DNA from: Adineta vaga
Lineage: Eukaryota; Animalia; Rotifera
Assembly (NCBI GenBank): GCA_021613535.1
Contig: CP075496.1
Location: 13,330,001 to 13,394,000 of the forward strand
Direction of reading: 5' to 3'
Length of the DNA stretch: 64,000 nt
Part shown: in pieces, positions 27,581 to 40,124 of the stretch
Numbering within the stretch: position 1 is the stretch's first letter
Layout: every line of letters begins with the position of its first letter
Made by a program: the position numbers and the translations under genes
Notes under the pieces: generated by a model
Seen by the model: only the letters and a program-made list of their open reading frames with translations
Database searches by the model: none
What the model was told of the DNA's origin: nothing

Positions 27581-28390
27581 GTTTATAATCGATAGAAAAA
27601 GCCGACTGATATGTATCTTAGTTGAATTTAACTTTCTCGAAATGAATTATATGTATCGTCATATATGACGAGAAAGACATCGCCTTTGTTCTGTGGGTAG
27701 ATGAGACGTGTTAATATGTATGTGAATAGTAGAAGAGAAACAAAAAAGACATTCTCGGAATGAAAGAAACAACGAGAATGTTATTATATCTATTTTCTTA
27801 GTGAAATTATATTGAATATCAATGAATTTCGAAATAGTTGATTTTCATTGAAAGAATCCTAATGAAAATATTTCTATCTGTTTTGATATATTTTGTACAT
27901 ACTTTATCATAAGCTTCCTTCGCAAATCCGTGCTTTTCAGTTCGATTCGCCATGCGTTATTGTTTTGTTTTGTTTTACAATGCGGAGTAGTTGAAGTGAA
28001 GTATTTAACAAAAGAAAAGAAAAAAGTCAAGGTAAATAAAATAAAGATAAGAGATATTTGTTGTGACATGTGAAGGCGTTATATCATAAAATAAAAGAAT
28101 ATTTATGAAAATATTATCAACTAGAAAGAGGAAACCAAGATTCTTTTGTAAAAACATGTTCAATTTGAATTTTTGCCTTCATTTTCGACAGAAAAAAAAG
28201 AAGAGAAACAGAATCTACATCATGTTTTATTCATAATTATAGATTAACAAAGCAGAAAGAAAAAGGAAAAGAAAATGAAAGAGAAATAATATTGGAGTGT
28301 TCTGCCTATGAATATCTTTATCTATATATATATGTTCATAGATAATATTTGTGAACATTCTTGGATAAATCTTTTTTTATCATAACATTT

Positions 28391-31300
28391 ATGAAACGAT
28401 CTGAACGATGTAAAATGCATTTAACTTCTTGGCATTCATTATTACCAGCATTTTCTGCTCGACTTATCATTGCTCTACGAACATTAGTAGGAATTGCTGT
28501 AAGTTTTCTTTTTTTATTCAATTTATTTGTTTATATTTGTTTATATTAAAGTGTTGTGCAACATTTACTCTTTCTCCTATCACTTCTAAAGCAGTTCAAG
28601 GACAACTTCTCTTGGGTGTTGGTTTTATTGTTGCTATTAAAAGTACACTTGGAGCAACTATTCAAACAGCATGTCGTATATATTTAGCTGGTGGAATAGC
28701 TGCAATCTATTGTCTTTTTATTGTTCAAACATTTCCACAAGATATTTATGTCGCTGTTGGTGCAACAAATATTTTCGTACTGATCATTGTTTATACTGAT
28801 TTACCAGTAACTGTTCGTCGATTTTCTATTTTACCTGCATGTATTATACTTTTACAATGGTATAATAAATCTTATATCAATACAATTTATATTCTTCATA
28901 CATGGGCATCATTATCTATTGGTGGTAGTCTTGCTGTTATTGTATCATGTCTTCCATTACCACTTCTTCCAACTGCTTATCGTGAATTAACCATAAGAAT
29001 GAAATTTATTGCTGGACAAATTCGACGTGAAATATCGGCAACTGTTTTATTAATATCCGAATATCATAATGTTCATTTACGTGATAATTATAATTTTGAA
29101 ATTGATCGACATAAAAGTGAAAATAATCTTCAAAATGAAAATGAGATTTTGCTTCCGACAAATTCTTATCGTGACGATGATCTCTATGATTATTCTACAT
29201 CATTTGAAAATCTTAAAGATGATCATTTATTAAAAAGTGATATACAAGATTTACATTTATTAGTTCATGAAGAAATAAAACGTATGCAACGTACTCTAAC
29301 AGAAATTTCATTTGAACCGTATTTTCTCTTTTTAAAAATTTCAAATTTTCTTCGAAATCTTCTTCGTTCTATTCCATGTTTGAAGAAATCTATAAACAAA
29401 CCATCAACATTAGAAAAACGATTAGAAGTTTGGGCAACTTGTTTTGCTTCATTACAAAGAACAATGACAGGAATGTTATCATTAGATCATCATCATGCAT
29501 TCGTTGGTCAACGACAATTGATTAATGTAAGATTGGTTGTTTTACAATGAATGAATGAATAAATCTCCTATTTCATTTAGGCAATTTGTCTTCTTCTAGA
29601 TTCGACATTTATATTTTTAGAATCTGTACTTCCTTATACGATTTCATCGACACATTGTATCAATACATCATATGTTATGAAATGTCGAATGAAAGTTGAA
29701 GAAGCGCTTGAACATTTTTTTGAAACATATGCACAAATACGAGAAAATCGTTGTCATTCAAATATGTCAAATACTGATTCGATATTATTGAATACATTTC
29801 TATTACTTATTCTACGTCTTGTTCATGTTATTATCACAGCAGCTGAAATTAGTGAAACCCCAGGCGCATGTCTCGATACTGATTCTGAACAAACAACAAA
29901 TTCTTCTATTATTAAAAATGAATCTCATTGGAAAAATTTCTTCTATGATCTGATCAATTATATTGGTTTGAAACCTTCATTGGGAAAATTTATTCGTGCT
30001 TTTAAAACAAGTTTAAGTGTACTTGTTTCAGCTATTGTCGTATTAAGATATCGTGAACGTTTACAAGCTTATGGTTGGGTTTATTGGGCACCGATGACAA
30101 CAGCTTTAGTTTCAGATTCTTCCGAAGGTGGAACAATTCGTTTATCAGTTCAACGTTTAATGGCTGTTCTACTTGGCTCAACCTATGCTTATATTATTGT
30201 TCTTGTTGCTCAGGATAAATTAGCTATTGGTATTTTTATCTCTTTATTCGTTGCATTTATGGGATATATTAAAACGGATCCAGAAAAAGAATATTTTGCT
30301 AGTGTTTGTGCACAATCAGCATCGATTATAACATTTATTTCCAATCAAGAAGGCGTTGTGGAATCAAATAAAGCAGTTCTTGCACGAACAAGTCTTACAT
30401 TTTTAGGTATTTTCATTCATGTTCTCATCTCCAATTTATTCTTACCCATCTCTGCTCGAGCTTTAATAAAAAAAAAAGTAAATCATCATTTTTATTTTTT
30501 TTGTCCAATCAAGAATTTCAATTTTCTTTACTAAGGTTCTCATTATCATTGATAGTGTGTCTACTGCATTGAAATCAGCAAGTAATGATTTCTGTTCATT
30601 CATTGAAACAACGGCAATTCATTCAAGTTCAGTAGCTCAAGCAGTACCATTATCTAATCAAAATTCTTCGAATTTAACCGACACATTAACGAATATCGAA
30701 TTGATCACAGATGATTTTCCCAATTTACTTGAAGAAGCACTGAGTGAACCGAATCTTTGGAAACGTCCATTTGCTGAAGTCAAAGATCGTTTTGATGATA
30801 TCTCCAAAATCTTACGACGAATTATGCTTAATATTCGATTTGTTCATCGATGTACAACAATTCTTAAAGCAGAAACAAAATTACATTTTGCACAAGAAGC
30901 AAAGTAAGTTCATTTCTAATCAAAAATCCATCTCTTACTCGATTAATTTTCGTCAACATTTCTGAGTAATGACAAGTTTTTTTCTCACTTTTTCATCTGA
31001 ATACATTTTAATTCATCACGTTTACCTCTTTTTTTCTGTATCCTATTCTCTTATTAAACACATTTTCTTCTTTTTAAATTTAGATGGCAACTTCGTCGTG
31101 CAAGTGTCGTACCTGTTAATGCTAACACTGAAACACGAACATCTCATGCATGGACAATGACAGAATTACGTAAACAAAGACAACTTCAAGATGATCTTGA
31201 CATTCCATTAACAATTTTTATGACATATACTCCGCGATCTTCTTCACGATTTGAAAAAAGTTCAATAATCTCCAATCAATCATTGGCATCACTTCGAATA

Positions 31301-31858
31301 ACAAATACAGCTTCATATCGACCTGTTCTTGAACATATTTCAACATTAGAAAAACATATTCAACAAGTTCTTTCACTTACAAGACAATTACTAGAAAAAC
31401 AAGCAACTGTTGATGTTGGTTCATTTGAATTACAACAACTTTGTCGTGAAGATTCATTTGATGAACATAAAAAGAAAATTGATGAAACCAAAGATTTCAA
31501 TCGTCGTTCATCTCTCAATCCTGTTCGACAATTTCAAGCTATTGAACTTTCGACAAATCATTATAAAATCTTTTCTTGTTGTCATAAAAAACAACAACAA
31601 GACAATCAATCATTACCATCCTTACGTCATGCAGTTGATCTCATGTTTGCAGCACTGATACAATTTTTATATGCAAATAATCATTTTATTCGAACAGAAT
31701 TAGTATCAACACAATCGATTGGAGATATTCTTGCTTTTCATACATTATCTTATGCATTGAAAGATATGGTTGAAGCAACAACTGATTTAGCAAAAAATGC
31801 ACGAAGAATTAAACATATTGATACACGAACATTAGTACGAGAAGAGAAAAGTAGTTAA
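28391..31858 (+). CDS. FUSC/aromatic acid exporter (ArAE/ALMT-like) multi-pass membrane protein
   Basis: Five exons. Two hydrophobic blocks each followed by a helical region. Motifs KSTLGATIQTACRIYLAG and YWAPMTTALVSDSSEGGTIRLSVQRLMAVLLGS, with ARTSLTFLGIFIHVLISNLFLPISAR, are typical of FUSC-like repeats. Confidence 0.7.
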
Positions 31859-32055
31859 AATTAGAAAATTAGTGAATCTCAAAATATACTAGTCGTTTCA
31901 TTTTTCTGAGTTGATCGTAATTAATATATGCTGAATCTCTCGATACTTTTGTTATTCTTTAAGAATCGTTTTTTTATAATAAAATTAACTTTTACCTATT
32001 CCATTTCTTCATCAATCATTAAAGATCTATTCTGTTTTTGTCTATATTAGTGTCG

Positions 32056-32949
32056 ATGGAAGACAAATCATTCGAATATCTCAATGGTTATCGATCATGT
32101 TGTAAATATTATTTGAATGGTAATGTTAATATCATTCTTTCTGCACCACATGGTGGAAATCTATTGCCTGATGATGTACCTGATCGAACAGAAGGTATCT
32201 GTGTAGATAAATCCGAAATACGACGTTATAAAACGTCTGTATTAAGAGATTCTCGAACGGATGACTTTACTGAGAATGTTGCAAATGAATTAATGAAAAA
32301 ATGGAATATCAAACCATTTATAATTATTGGCAAATGGCATCGTATTAAAGTGGATTTTAATCGTGAAATACAAGAAGGTACATTAAATCAATCCGAAGCG
32401 ATTTCGGCTTATGAAAATTATCATACACATTTAAACAATGCAATTGATCAAGTAAATCAATTGTTTGGTAAAGGACTTCTTATTGATATTCATGGTCATT
32501 CAAAAGGAAAGTAAACGGATAATTTCAATTGTATTCAATTTCTTATTGTTTCGTTGTTTTTTCCTAGTTATGCAATGATTGGATATATGTTAACTAGTGA
32601 TCAATTAAATAGAAATGATCTTTCAGATGCATCGTTTCAAACATCCATAGAATCATTCTGTTCATCAAATCGAAATGAATGTATTCGAGGTAAAACTTCA
32701 TTTGGAACGATATTCGAACGAAATGGTCTTGATATTGCTTATCCATCTTTACAAAATCCCAAACCAGGATCACGAACATTTTTTTCTGGTGGACATATTG
32801 TTCGTCATTATTCACCGAAGATTAATGCTATTCAAACAGAATTACCATATCATACTCGTATTGGAATAGAGGCTTTTACAAATGCACAACGATTTGCGCA
32901 AACTATTGTAGAATATATGAAAATTCATAATCTATTTATGTTCAAATGA
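32056..32949 (+). CDS. N-formylglutamate amidohydrolase-like (Zn-peptidase fold) protein, 2 exons
   Basis: Motifs IILSAPHGG, DSRTDD, HRIKVDFNR, YENYH, LLIDIHGH and AIQTELP. Confidence 0.75.
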
Positions 32950-33099
32950 AAAAAAAACGATGAAAATTTTTATAGTTCTAACATTTGAAATTAATCGTGA
33001 ATAGCTTCATTTTTGATTTTAAAATAAAGATGAAAATATAATGTATAGGAGGTGCAGATTTATTTAAGAATCAAAATCAATGCATGATCTTTTCAAACT

Positions 33100-33577
33100 C
33101 TATGACATTCGTTTATGAAGAAATCTTGAAGCCAATCGTTTTTTCAATTCTCGACGTCGTAATGGATTTCGTTTGTTCATTCCATGAGATACATGATTCT
33201 TCAATACTAATGCCAATCGTTCGTCGTAATGTGGACAATATGAAAGTAAAATTGATGGATCTAATTGAGCCAAATTACGATGTTGAACAATCATATTCAT
33301 TGCTTGTTCACAAAGACTTTCTCTAGATTCCATTATCATCCGTATCATAATCATCATCAGATTCCCATGTTGCTTCATCATAATGATGATGATGAGGTGA
33401 TTCACGAGCGTTTTTACGACTTACATGATCAGCATCTGGAAAAGATTTTGTGGGTAATGGTGCATGAGCATTGATAATTACGACTATAATTAGGATAAAT
33501 AAAGTGTAGAATGAAAGATAACTAAATGAGAACAAATAGTTTCTAATGTTACATTGAAGAAATATGACTTACTGCAT
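33100..33577 (-). CDS. Secreted peptide-precursor-like protein with an apparent 1-nt frameshift
   Basis: ATG CA, a 51-nt GT-AG intron, then T TAT gives signal peptide MHYLSFYTLFILIIVVIINAHA. An acidic spacer follows, then a frameshift near 33335 into a Cys-containing segment with KR/RR sites ending FLHKRMS*. Confidence 0.55.
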
Positions 33578-33878
33578 TGTTTCTCTCTGCAATGTTTGTG
33601 ACTTGAAAATAGGATTTTTCTGAGATTTATCAGATGTCTTATATATTAATCATCAAAAAGAATAAGTTAAAAACAAAAACATTAGGCTAATCAACCGAGA
33701 AGAATAAGAAAGAAAAGGGTTCGTGAACGTCCGATTAGATATAAAAAAAAAGAAGACAAATCAGTAATAATATATTCATATTTCATTTACTTTGGTTTCA
33801 TTGGATCGCCTGTTTACATCTAATAAACAATGCTAATCACAAAATTCGATCTATCTTTGTCTTGTTTTGTTTCTAGTT

Positions 33879-35096
33879 TTAAAGCCTTGATTTTGGCATG
33901 GTAACTAGAGAAGATGTTGTCATATTACTTCCGTTAGGTAATGAAGTACATCCACAAAGCATCATTGTAAGTTTAAATTCCCGTCTGAGTATTTCAATAA
34001 CATCAACAACGCCTTGACAACCAGCAACAGCTAAACCCCAAAGAATAGGTCGACCAACAAGTATAGCATCAGCTCCGAGAGCTAATGCTTTCAGAATATC
34101 TGTTCCACGTCGAATTCCACCATCAATATAAATATCAATTTTTTTCTTTGTTTGCATTCGTCGAACAATGGAAACAATTTCAGGTAGAACTTCAATTGTA
34201 CTGAATGTTGTATCAATTTGTCGAGCACCATGATTTGATACAACAATACCATCAACATCAGCTTGCACAGCTAATTGAGCATCTTCACCGGTCATTATAC
34301 CTTTGACAATAATTGGTAAACGGCTAATTTCACGTAACCATTTGATATCTTTCCATGTTAATGTTTCATCAAGATTTTTTGCAATGAAATCATTGAGTGC
34401 TGATACATGATCACCTTGTGCTTCTTTTAAACCACCATCATATAAATTTTCTAATTGCATATTTTCCGGTAAACGAAAACTATTTCGACGATCAGCTTCT
34501 CGATTACCAAATCGAGAAGCATCAACTGTAACAACAAGAGCACGAAAACCAGCTTTTTCAGCACGTTGAACTAATCGTGCTGTAAATTCACGATCCCTTA
34601 AAATATATAATTGAAACCATAATTGTGATGTTGATGATGGATATTCTTTCAATGCTTGTTGATGTTCAGCAGCAACATCTTCAATTCGTGTTGTTGAAAG
34701 TGATGAAAGAATCATAGCTGTATTTGCACGAACAGCTGCACGAGCAGTACTTCGTTCACCAGCATCATCAGCCATACGATGCATTGCCGTTGGTGCAATT
34801 AAAAGAGGAAAGGAACATTTCGTTTGACCATTTAATAATGTTACCGAACAACTATTTGGATCTGTACTATGATTAGAAACATTAACAAATACTCTTGGAC
34901 GTAATTTAATTCGTCGAAAAGCATTGATATTTTCTTGTAATGTGATTTCATCATCAGCACCTGATCGATAATAATCATAAGTCATTTTTGAGAGTTTTTC
35001 TTTTGCTGCTTGATGATAATCTTCGATATTAAGTAATATTCGAGATGTTTGAGCATGTTGAGGTAACATACTATCATTCGTTTGCTTTCCAGACAT
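33879..35096 (-). CDS. HAO1: FMN-dependent alpha-hydroxy acid oxidase (glycolate oxidase/HAO), peroxisomal, intronless
   Basis: YDYYRSGADDE, LWFQLY, PIIVKG, catalytic SNHGARQ, DGGIRRGTDILKALALGA, and C-terminal PTS1 SRL. Confidence 0.9.
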   Translation of the reverse strand: MSGKQTNDSMLPQHAQTSRILLNIEDYHQAAKEKLSKMTYDYYRSGADDEITLQENINAFRRIKLRPRVFVNVSNHSTDPNSCSVTLLNGQTKCSFPLLIAPTAMHRMADDAGERSTARAAVRANTAMILSSLSTTRIEDVAAEHQQALKEYPSSTSQLWFQLYILRDREFTARLVQRAEKAGFRALVVTVDASRFGNREADRRNSFRLPENMQLENLYDGGLKEAQGDHVSALNDFIAKNLDETLTWKDIKWLREISRLPIIVKGIMTGEDAQLAVQADVDGIVVSNHGARQIDTTFSTIEVLPEIVSIVRRMQTKKKIDIYIDGGIRRGTDILKALALGADAILVGRPILWGLAVAGCQGVVDVIEILRREFKLTMMLCGCTSLPNGSNMTTSSLVTMPKSRL

Positions 35097-35328
35097 GATT
35101 CTAATATTTTCGTCTATTTATCAGTCTATTATCTGTTCGTATACCTATGGTTATTCGTATAACTGATAAGACATACATATACTACTTGCGACATCCATGT
35201 GTGATGAAGTTTTATTACTATTGGTTTTCGTCTCATACGAGTTGAAAAAGAAAGAATAGTGTATAATAAAACAAGACTGACAAGATTTCTATCAAATGCA
35301 ATATCGTATTGATTTTTTCTGAATAAGT

Positions 35329-36750
35329 ATGGCAAATTCAAATCGTATTTGTATTATTGGTGGTGGTATTATCGGAGCTTCGATTGCTTTTCATTTATCC
35401 GAAGTTGGATGTACAAATATTACGATTGTTGAACGAACAAACATTGCTTGTGGTGCTAGTGGACGTGCTGGTGGATTTCTCGCTAAAAATTGGCGGTCAG
35501 GTGCCGAAGGAAAGTTTTCTGAATCTAGTTTTGTAGCTCATAATGATCTAGCAAAACGTTTAAAAGATGAATTTTCTACTGATGTTATGTATCGTCGTTT
35601 GACAACATTAAATTTATCAATAAATGAAACCAAATCAGTTAAAGATCAATCTATTCGTAGTACATCGTTACCAAAATGGATCACTGCAAATATTAAACAA
35701 GACGAAATATTAGGAAATGAAGATACAACAGCACAAGTTCATCCAGGGTACAAATTTTATGTGAAAATCATTGCATATTTTCATGCAAATTTCTATTGTA
35801 GATTATTAACAAATGCGCTCGTTAAAATTGTTGAAAATCGAGGTGGACGAGTTGTTATCGGTAAAGCAAATGGTTTTCTTTTTGAAACTATTACAACTCA
35901 TACAGAAAAAGATGAACATCATCAAACATCACCTATTCGAGCGATGAAATTATTAATTGAAAATCAAGATCCTATTGAAGCTGATATTTTCATTCTAGCA
36001 ATGGGTCCATGGACTTGTACGAAACAATTGTTTTATTTAAACATTTCTTTTGTAAAATCAATCATTTAGATCAAGCTGCACCTTGGTTTCGAGATGCTAT
36101 GATATTCAAAGAAAATATTTTTCATCAATTAGATGCTATAAGTGGTGTTAAAGCACATAGTATTGTATTTAAAGGTAATCAACCAACTGAACCTTATGCA
36201 TTCTTTCTTGCTTATGAATCAAATGATGGCAATATGTTAGATCCTGAAATCTATCCACGTTCAAGTATAATTTTTATTTTTAATAGGCTTTGAAAAGAAT
36301 TCGTTCCTTTTTTTTGTTCAACTAGATGGTGACATCTATGTTTGTGGATTTGCTGAAAAACAGTCACAAGACTTACCTGAGAGTGGAAATTCTGTGACAA
36401 TTGATGAGAAAAGTTGTGATCGTCTTCGTGATATTGCTATTCATATGGCATCAACTTTAAAAGATGCCAATGTAGAAATCAAACAAGCATGTTATTTACC
36501 ACAATCGAAGGATGGAGTTCCTTTAATTGGACGACTCTATGGATTAAATAATGTTTATATAGCAACGGTAGTAGATCAACTGTTTATGAAAAGTTTTCTC
36601 TAAAGATTTCGTTTTCGGATTGTTTAGGGTCATAGTTGTTGGGGTATTTTGAATAGTTTAGCAACTGGTGCTCAATTAACTCAATTGATATTAAAAGGTG
36701 AAATGTCACCTTATTTAAAACAATGCGATCCCAAACGATTTTTTCAATGA
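35329..36750 (+). CDS. FAD-dependent oxidoreductase, DAO superfamily, TDA3-like
   Basis: GGGIIG Rossmann motif, ACGASGRAGGFLA, TTAQVHP, PEIYPR, QACYLP, PLIG and ATGHSCWGILN across five exons. Confidence 0.85.
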
Positions 36751-38706
36751 TGCAAGTCATCGATAGATTGAAACAATTGTTTTTTTATTCAAGCTGTAAC
36801 TACGAATGATTCTAGTTTTATTTTCAAAGAAAAGTTTTTAAAAAAGCTTCACGATATTCCATTGTCAATTCCGTATGATCTATTTATGAACAGATAAACA
36901 CATTGAACATGAAAACATAGTTATAAATAGTTGTGTGGAGAGAAAAAGTTATTATAGGTAGATAAGTTTTAACAACACGACATCGTTATGATGGGCGAGT
37001 CACTATTTTAAGTACATAATCCGAACCATATTATTAACACATCAGTTATGTACTTAACAGTTTCAAAAAGTCAATATACATCAATAGTGCGTATTATATA
37101 AATTATTAATGAAATTATATGTAATTAACTTACTTTTTCTCTTTCTCTTCTAAATTTAATATTACACAAGATATTATAAATCTGAGACTATCAATAACTC
37201 GCAATTCGAACGACTGATTTATTAATTTTTATAATCGGAAATTTCATTACAACCAATTATTCTGTTGAACTTGACAATCTTTATTTTGCTTCCAAAAACT
37301 GTTCTTAGTTTTAATCAGAACTTGCATATATTTTGTTATAGTAGATAGAAGAAAACCAACGGGTGTTAGTTCCTTGTATTGACATCTGTCAAAAACAGAG
37401 ATTTTTAGTCGAATAACATGACAATCACAGATAATCTTCAACATAATTAATTTCGACCATGTCTCTTCTTAAAAATTCATCAAATTGTAGATTTTTATGA
37501 AGAATTGATTTTCTTTGTATCGATTTTTGTCGTTCACTCTTACGATCAATGCATGCAAACATTGAATTTCTATTAAAGAACAAACTAATTGATCTCTTTA
37601 TTCATTGAATTAATAAATAAGAGTTCTACTTTCTTCGAACAAAATGCTGTTTATAAGTAGTGCATGGAAAGCCTGCGGTACTATCTCTCTCTATATATAT
37701 CTATCTATATGTATATATAATTAAGCTATTAGCACTTCTATGATCCATATCTTTGACGAGCGTCGATCTTTTACTTCTGTTTCTTACTATTATTGTCTAA
37801 GATTTGCTTTTGTTATGTTGAAAAAAAAGAAAGAAAGAAACTTAGATGAATATTGATTGACATATAACTAAATTGGAAGAAATCAAAAGAAACGTAGCAT
37901 TGACAGAGCAAATAAAAGATGAAGAACGAAGGAGAAAAACAAAAGAAGAATCTTGGAATTTCTTAGCTTCGATCTCAGTTTCAATACAAATAAATATATA
38001 TTATTTTCCTCCTCAATACTATCAAGTTCGCATTTCCGTTCGTCGAAATGAACAGAATAGCACGATGACTGATGTGACGAAAGAAAAGAAACAAGAAAAT
38101 CAGCTCGTTAGATCTTATTTTCAAGACAAGAAAACTAATTCACAATAAAACTATCCATTCTAGCATGGCATCATTTTTTCTGTACAAAGAGTATTGAACT
38201 ACATAGAATGACATACGATCGAGTTACTTTTTTTGACGTTTAATTTGAAAAGAAATTTACAAATCTTATCTTTGTTCAAATTTTAGTAGAATAGAAAAAC
38301 TGTCGACAGTTTTTCTCCTTCTTCATCCATAATATAGTGAGTTTCCGGTATTGTGCCTTATTCGGACGAACATCTTGTTTTGCTCTTTCTTCTGTCTTTT
38401 CCACTTTTCTTTTCTTTCTCCTTCGCCCTCTTGTTCTTCTTCTTCTGCTTCTGCTTCTGCTTCTTCTACTATTAGTTTTATTATTATCATCTGTATGCAT
38501 TTCTATCTCTTTGAGCGTGTGAAAGAATAGAGAGTTATTGTCAATAAATTTAGACGAGAAGAAGAAGAAGAATATTGTTTTATAATTAAACAATAGTTTA
38601 TATTCAATGATTTCATCTTTCTTTTCTTTAGATCTTTGAAATGTTTTTCAAAACGTTAATTGATCAAGATTTTTCTGCTTAAAATATCTTGATTTCAAAT
38701 CATAGT

Positions 38707-39597
38707 ATGGTTGATAAAAGTTATATTGTTTCATTGCTTGGTTGTGCCAATCTTATTGAATTGGTAAGTCTCAAATCATTAGACATATTTCTGTATATAC
38801 ATAGAATTTCTTTTCAATAGACATTACTTATTGGTGGGTTTATTGCTGTCTGTATAGCATCGACAGGATACGGTCAACTTGTAGATTCTTCTTCTAATCT
38901 TAGTCAGACAGTAAGTATAAAGAGAATGAGATAAATAGATTAACTGATGTGCACATATTCATCTGTCAATCATATTTCTTTAGACTAGTGCTGATTTAAC
39001 GATATTTTATGATATTGATGTTTATACAATCAAACAAGCTGATCAAGCTATTCTAATAATGATATTTATATTAACATTCTGTTCATTATTTGCACATATT
39101 TTATTTGCTTTTCGTTATCGATATTCTTGGCATCGATTATCGACTGGCGTAAGAGATTAATTTTCTTGTTATTTTTTTTAATTATTATTTACATCATCTT
39201 AATCGATATATGTCATCTTTAAGGTAGCTTTCCTCTGTGTTATCTACGCATTTGCATTACTTGTTGTATCCATCTTTGTTGCTGTAAGTAAAACAAAAGA
39301 GAAAATATTATCAAAATCGAATGTATTTCTATCTAGTGTTGGGAAGATAAAATGCGAAAGCGATTAGCAAATACATATTCAAGTAATCAAATTCTTTCTA
39401 CATCAAATACTTCTATCAAACCACAAATCGGTTCAGCAGCAGCTGCAGCTGTAAGAATATATATCTTATCAGAAAATCTTTTTCGCTCGATTAATCAAGA
39501 TCTTCTTTTCTAGACATTTGGTTTTGCTGCATGTCTTACATATGTTGCTGAAGCATTAATACGATTTCGACGATTAGCAGATAAGATTCAAACATAA
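38707..39597 (+). CDS. Four-TM MARVEL-like membrane protein, 6 coding exons; missed by ORF track
   Basis: Clean in-frame splicing from MVDKSYIVSLLGCANLIEL through four hydrophobic helices to AAAAA-TFGFAACLTYVAEAL...IQT*. The last helix resembles the MARVEL AAxxFGF...Y pattern. Confidence 0.65.
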
Positions 39598-40124
39598 TTC
39601 ATCCGTCCAAATTCAAATCGTCTCTATACTATACTTATGCTTTATTCTTCGTACAATTTTCTGTTCTTATAGAAGCAAAAATATATTCCTAAATGAAAGA
39701 AATTCCTTTTCTATCACAACGTTAATTGCGAAGAATTAACTTATCAATGATCAAATTTCTCATTGCACTATTGCGGTCGTACAATGAGTTCTATACAAAC
39801 ATATTTTGTTTAGATTATCTGAAACTTTATCTTGATTGATTTGATGATAATGATGATGATAGTTTAATTCTAATAATGATAAACTTGACAAAACCTATAT
39901 CATCGAATATTAATTTAATAAAAGAAAAAAATTTCGAATTTAAATAACTAACAAGAATTAATTTTCTTTTTGTTAAAATATATGAATAGAATTTCAATAG
40001 ATGTCACTATATTAAGCCATTGGTAATGTACATTGTTGATGAATGATTAACCAATAGAAATCATGAGTTGCTTCTTTCTTTCTTTCTTTCTTTCATGGTT
40101 ATTTATTTATTATAGTTTATTCCG

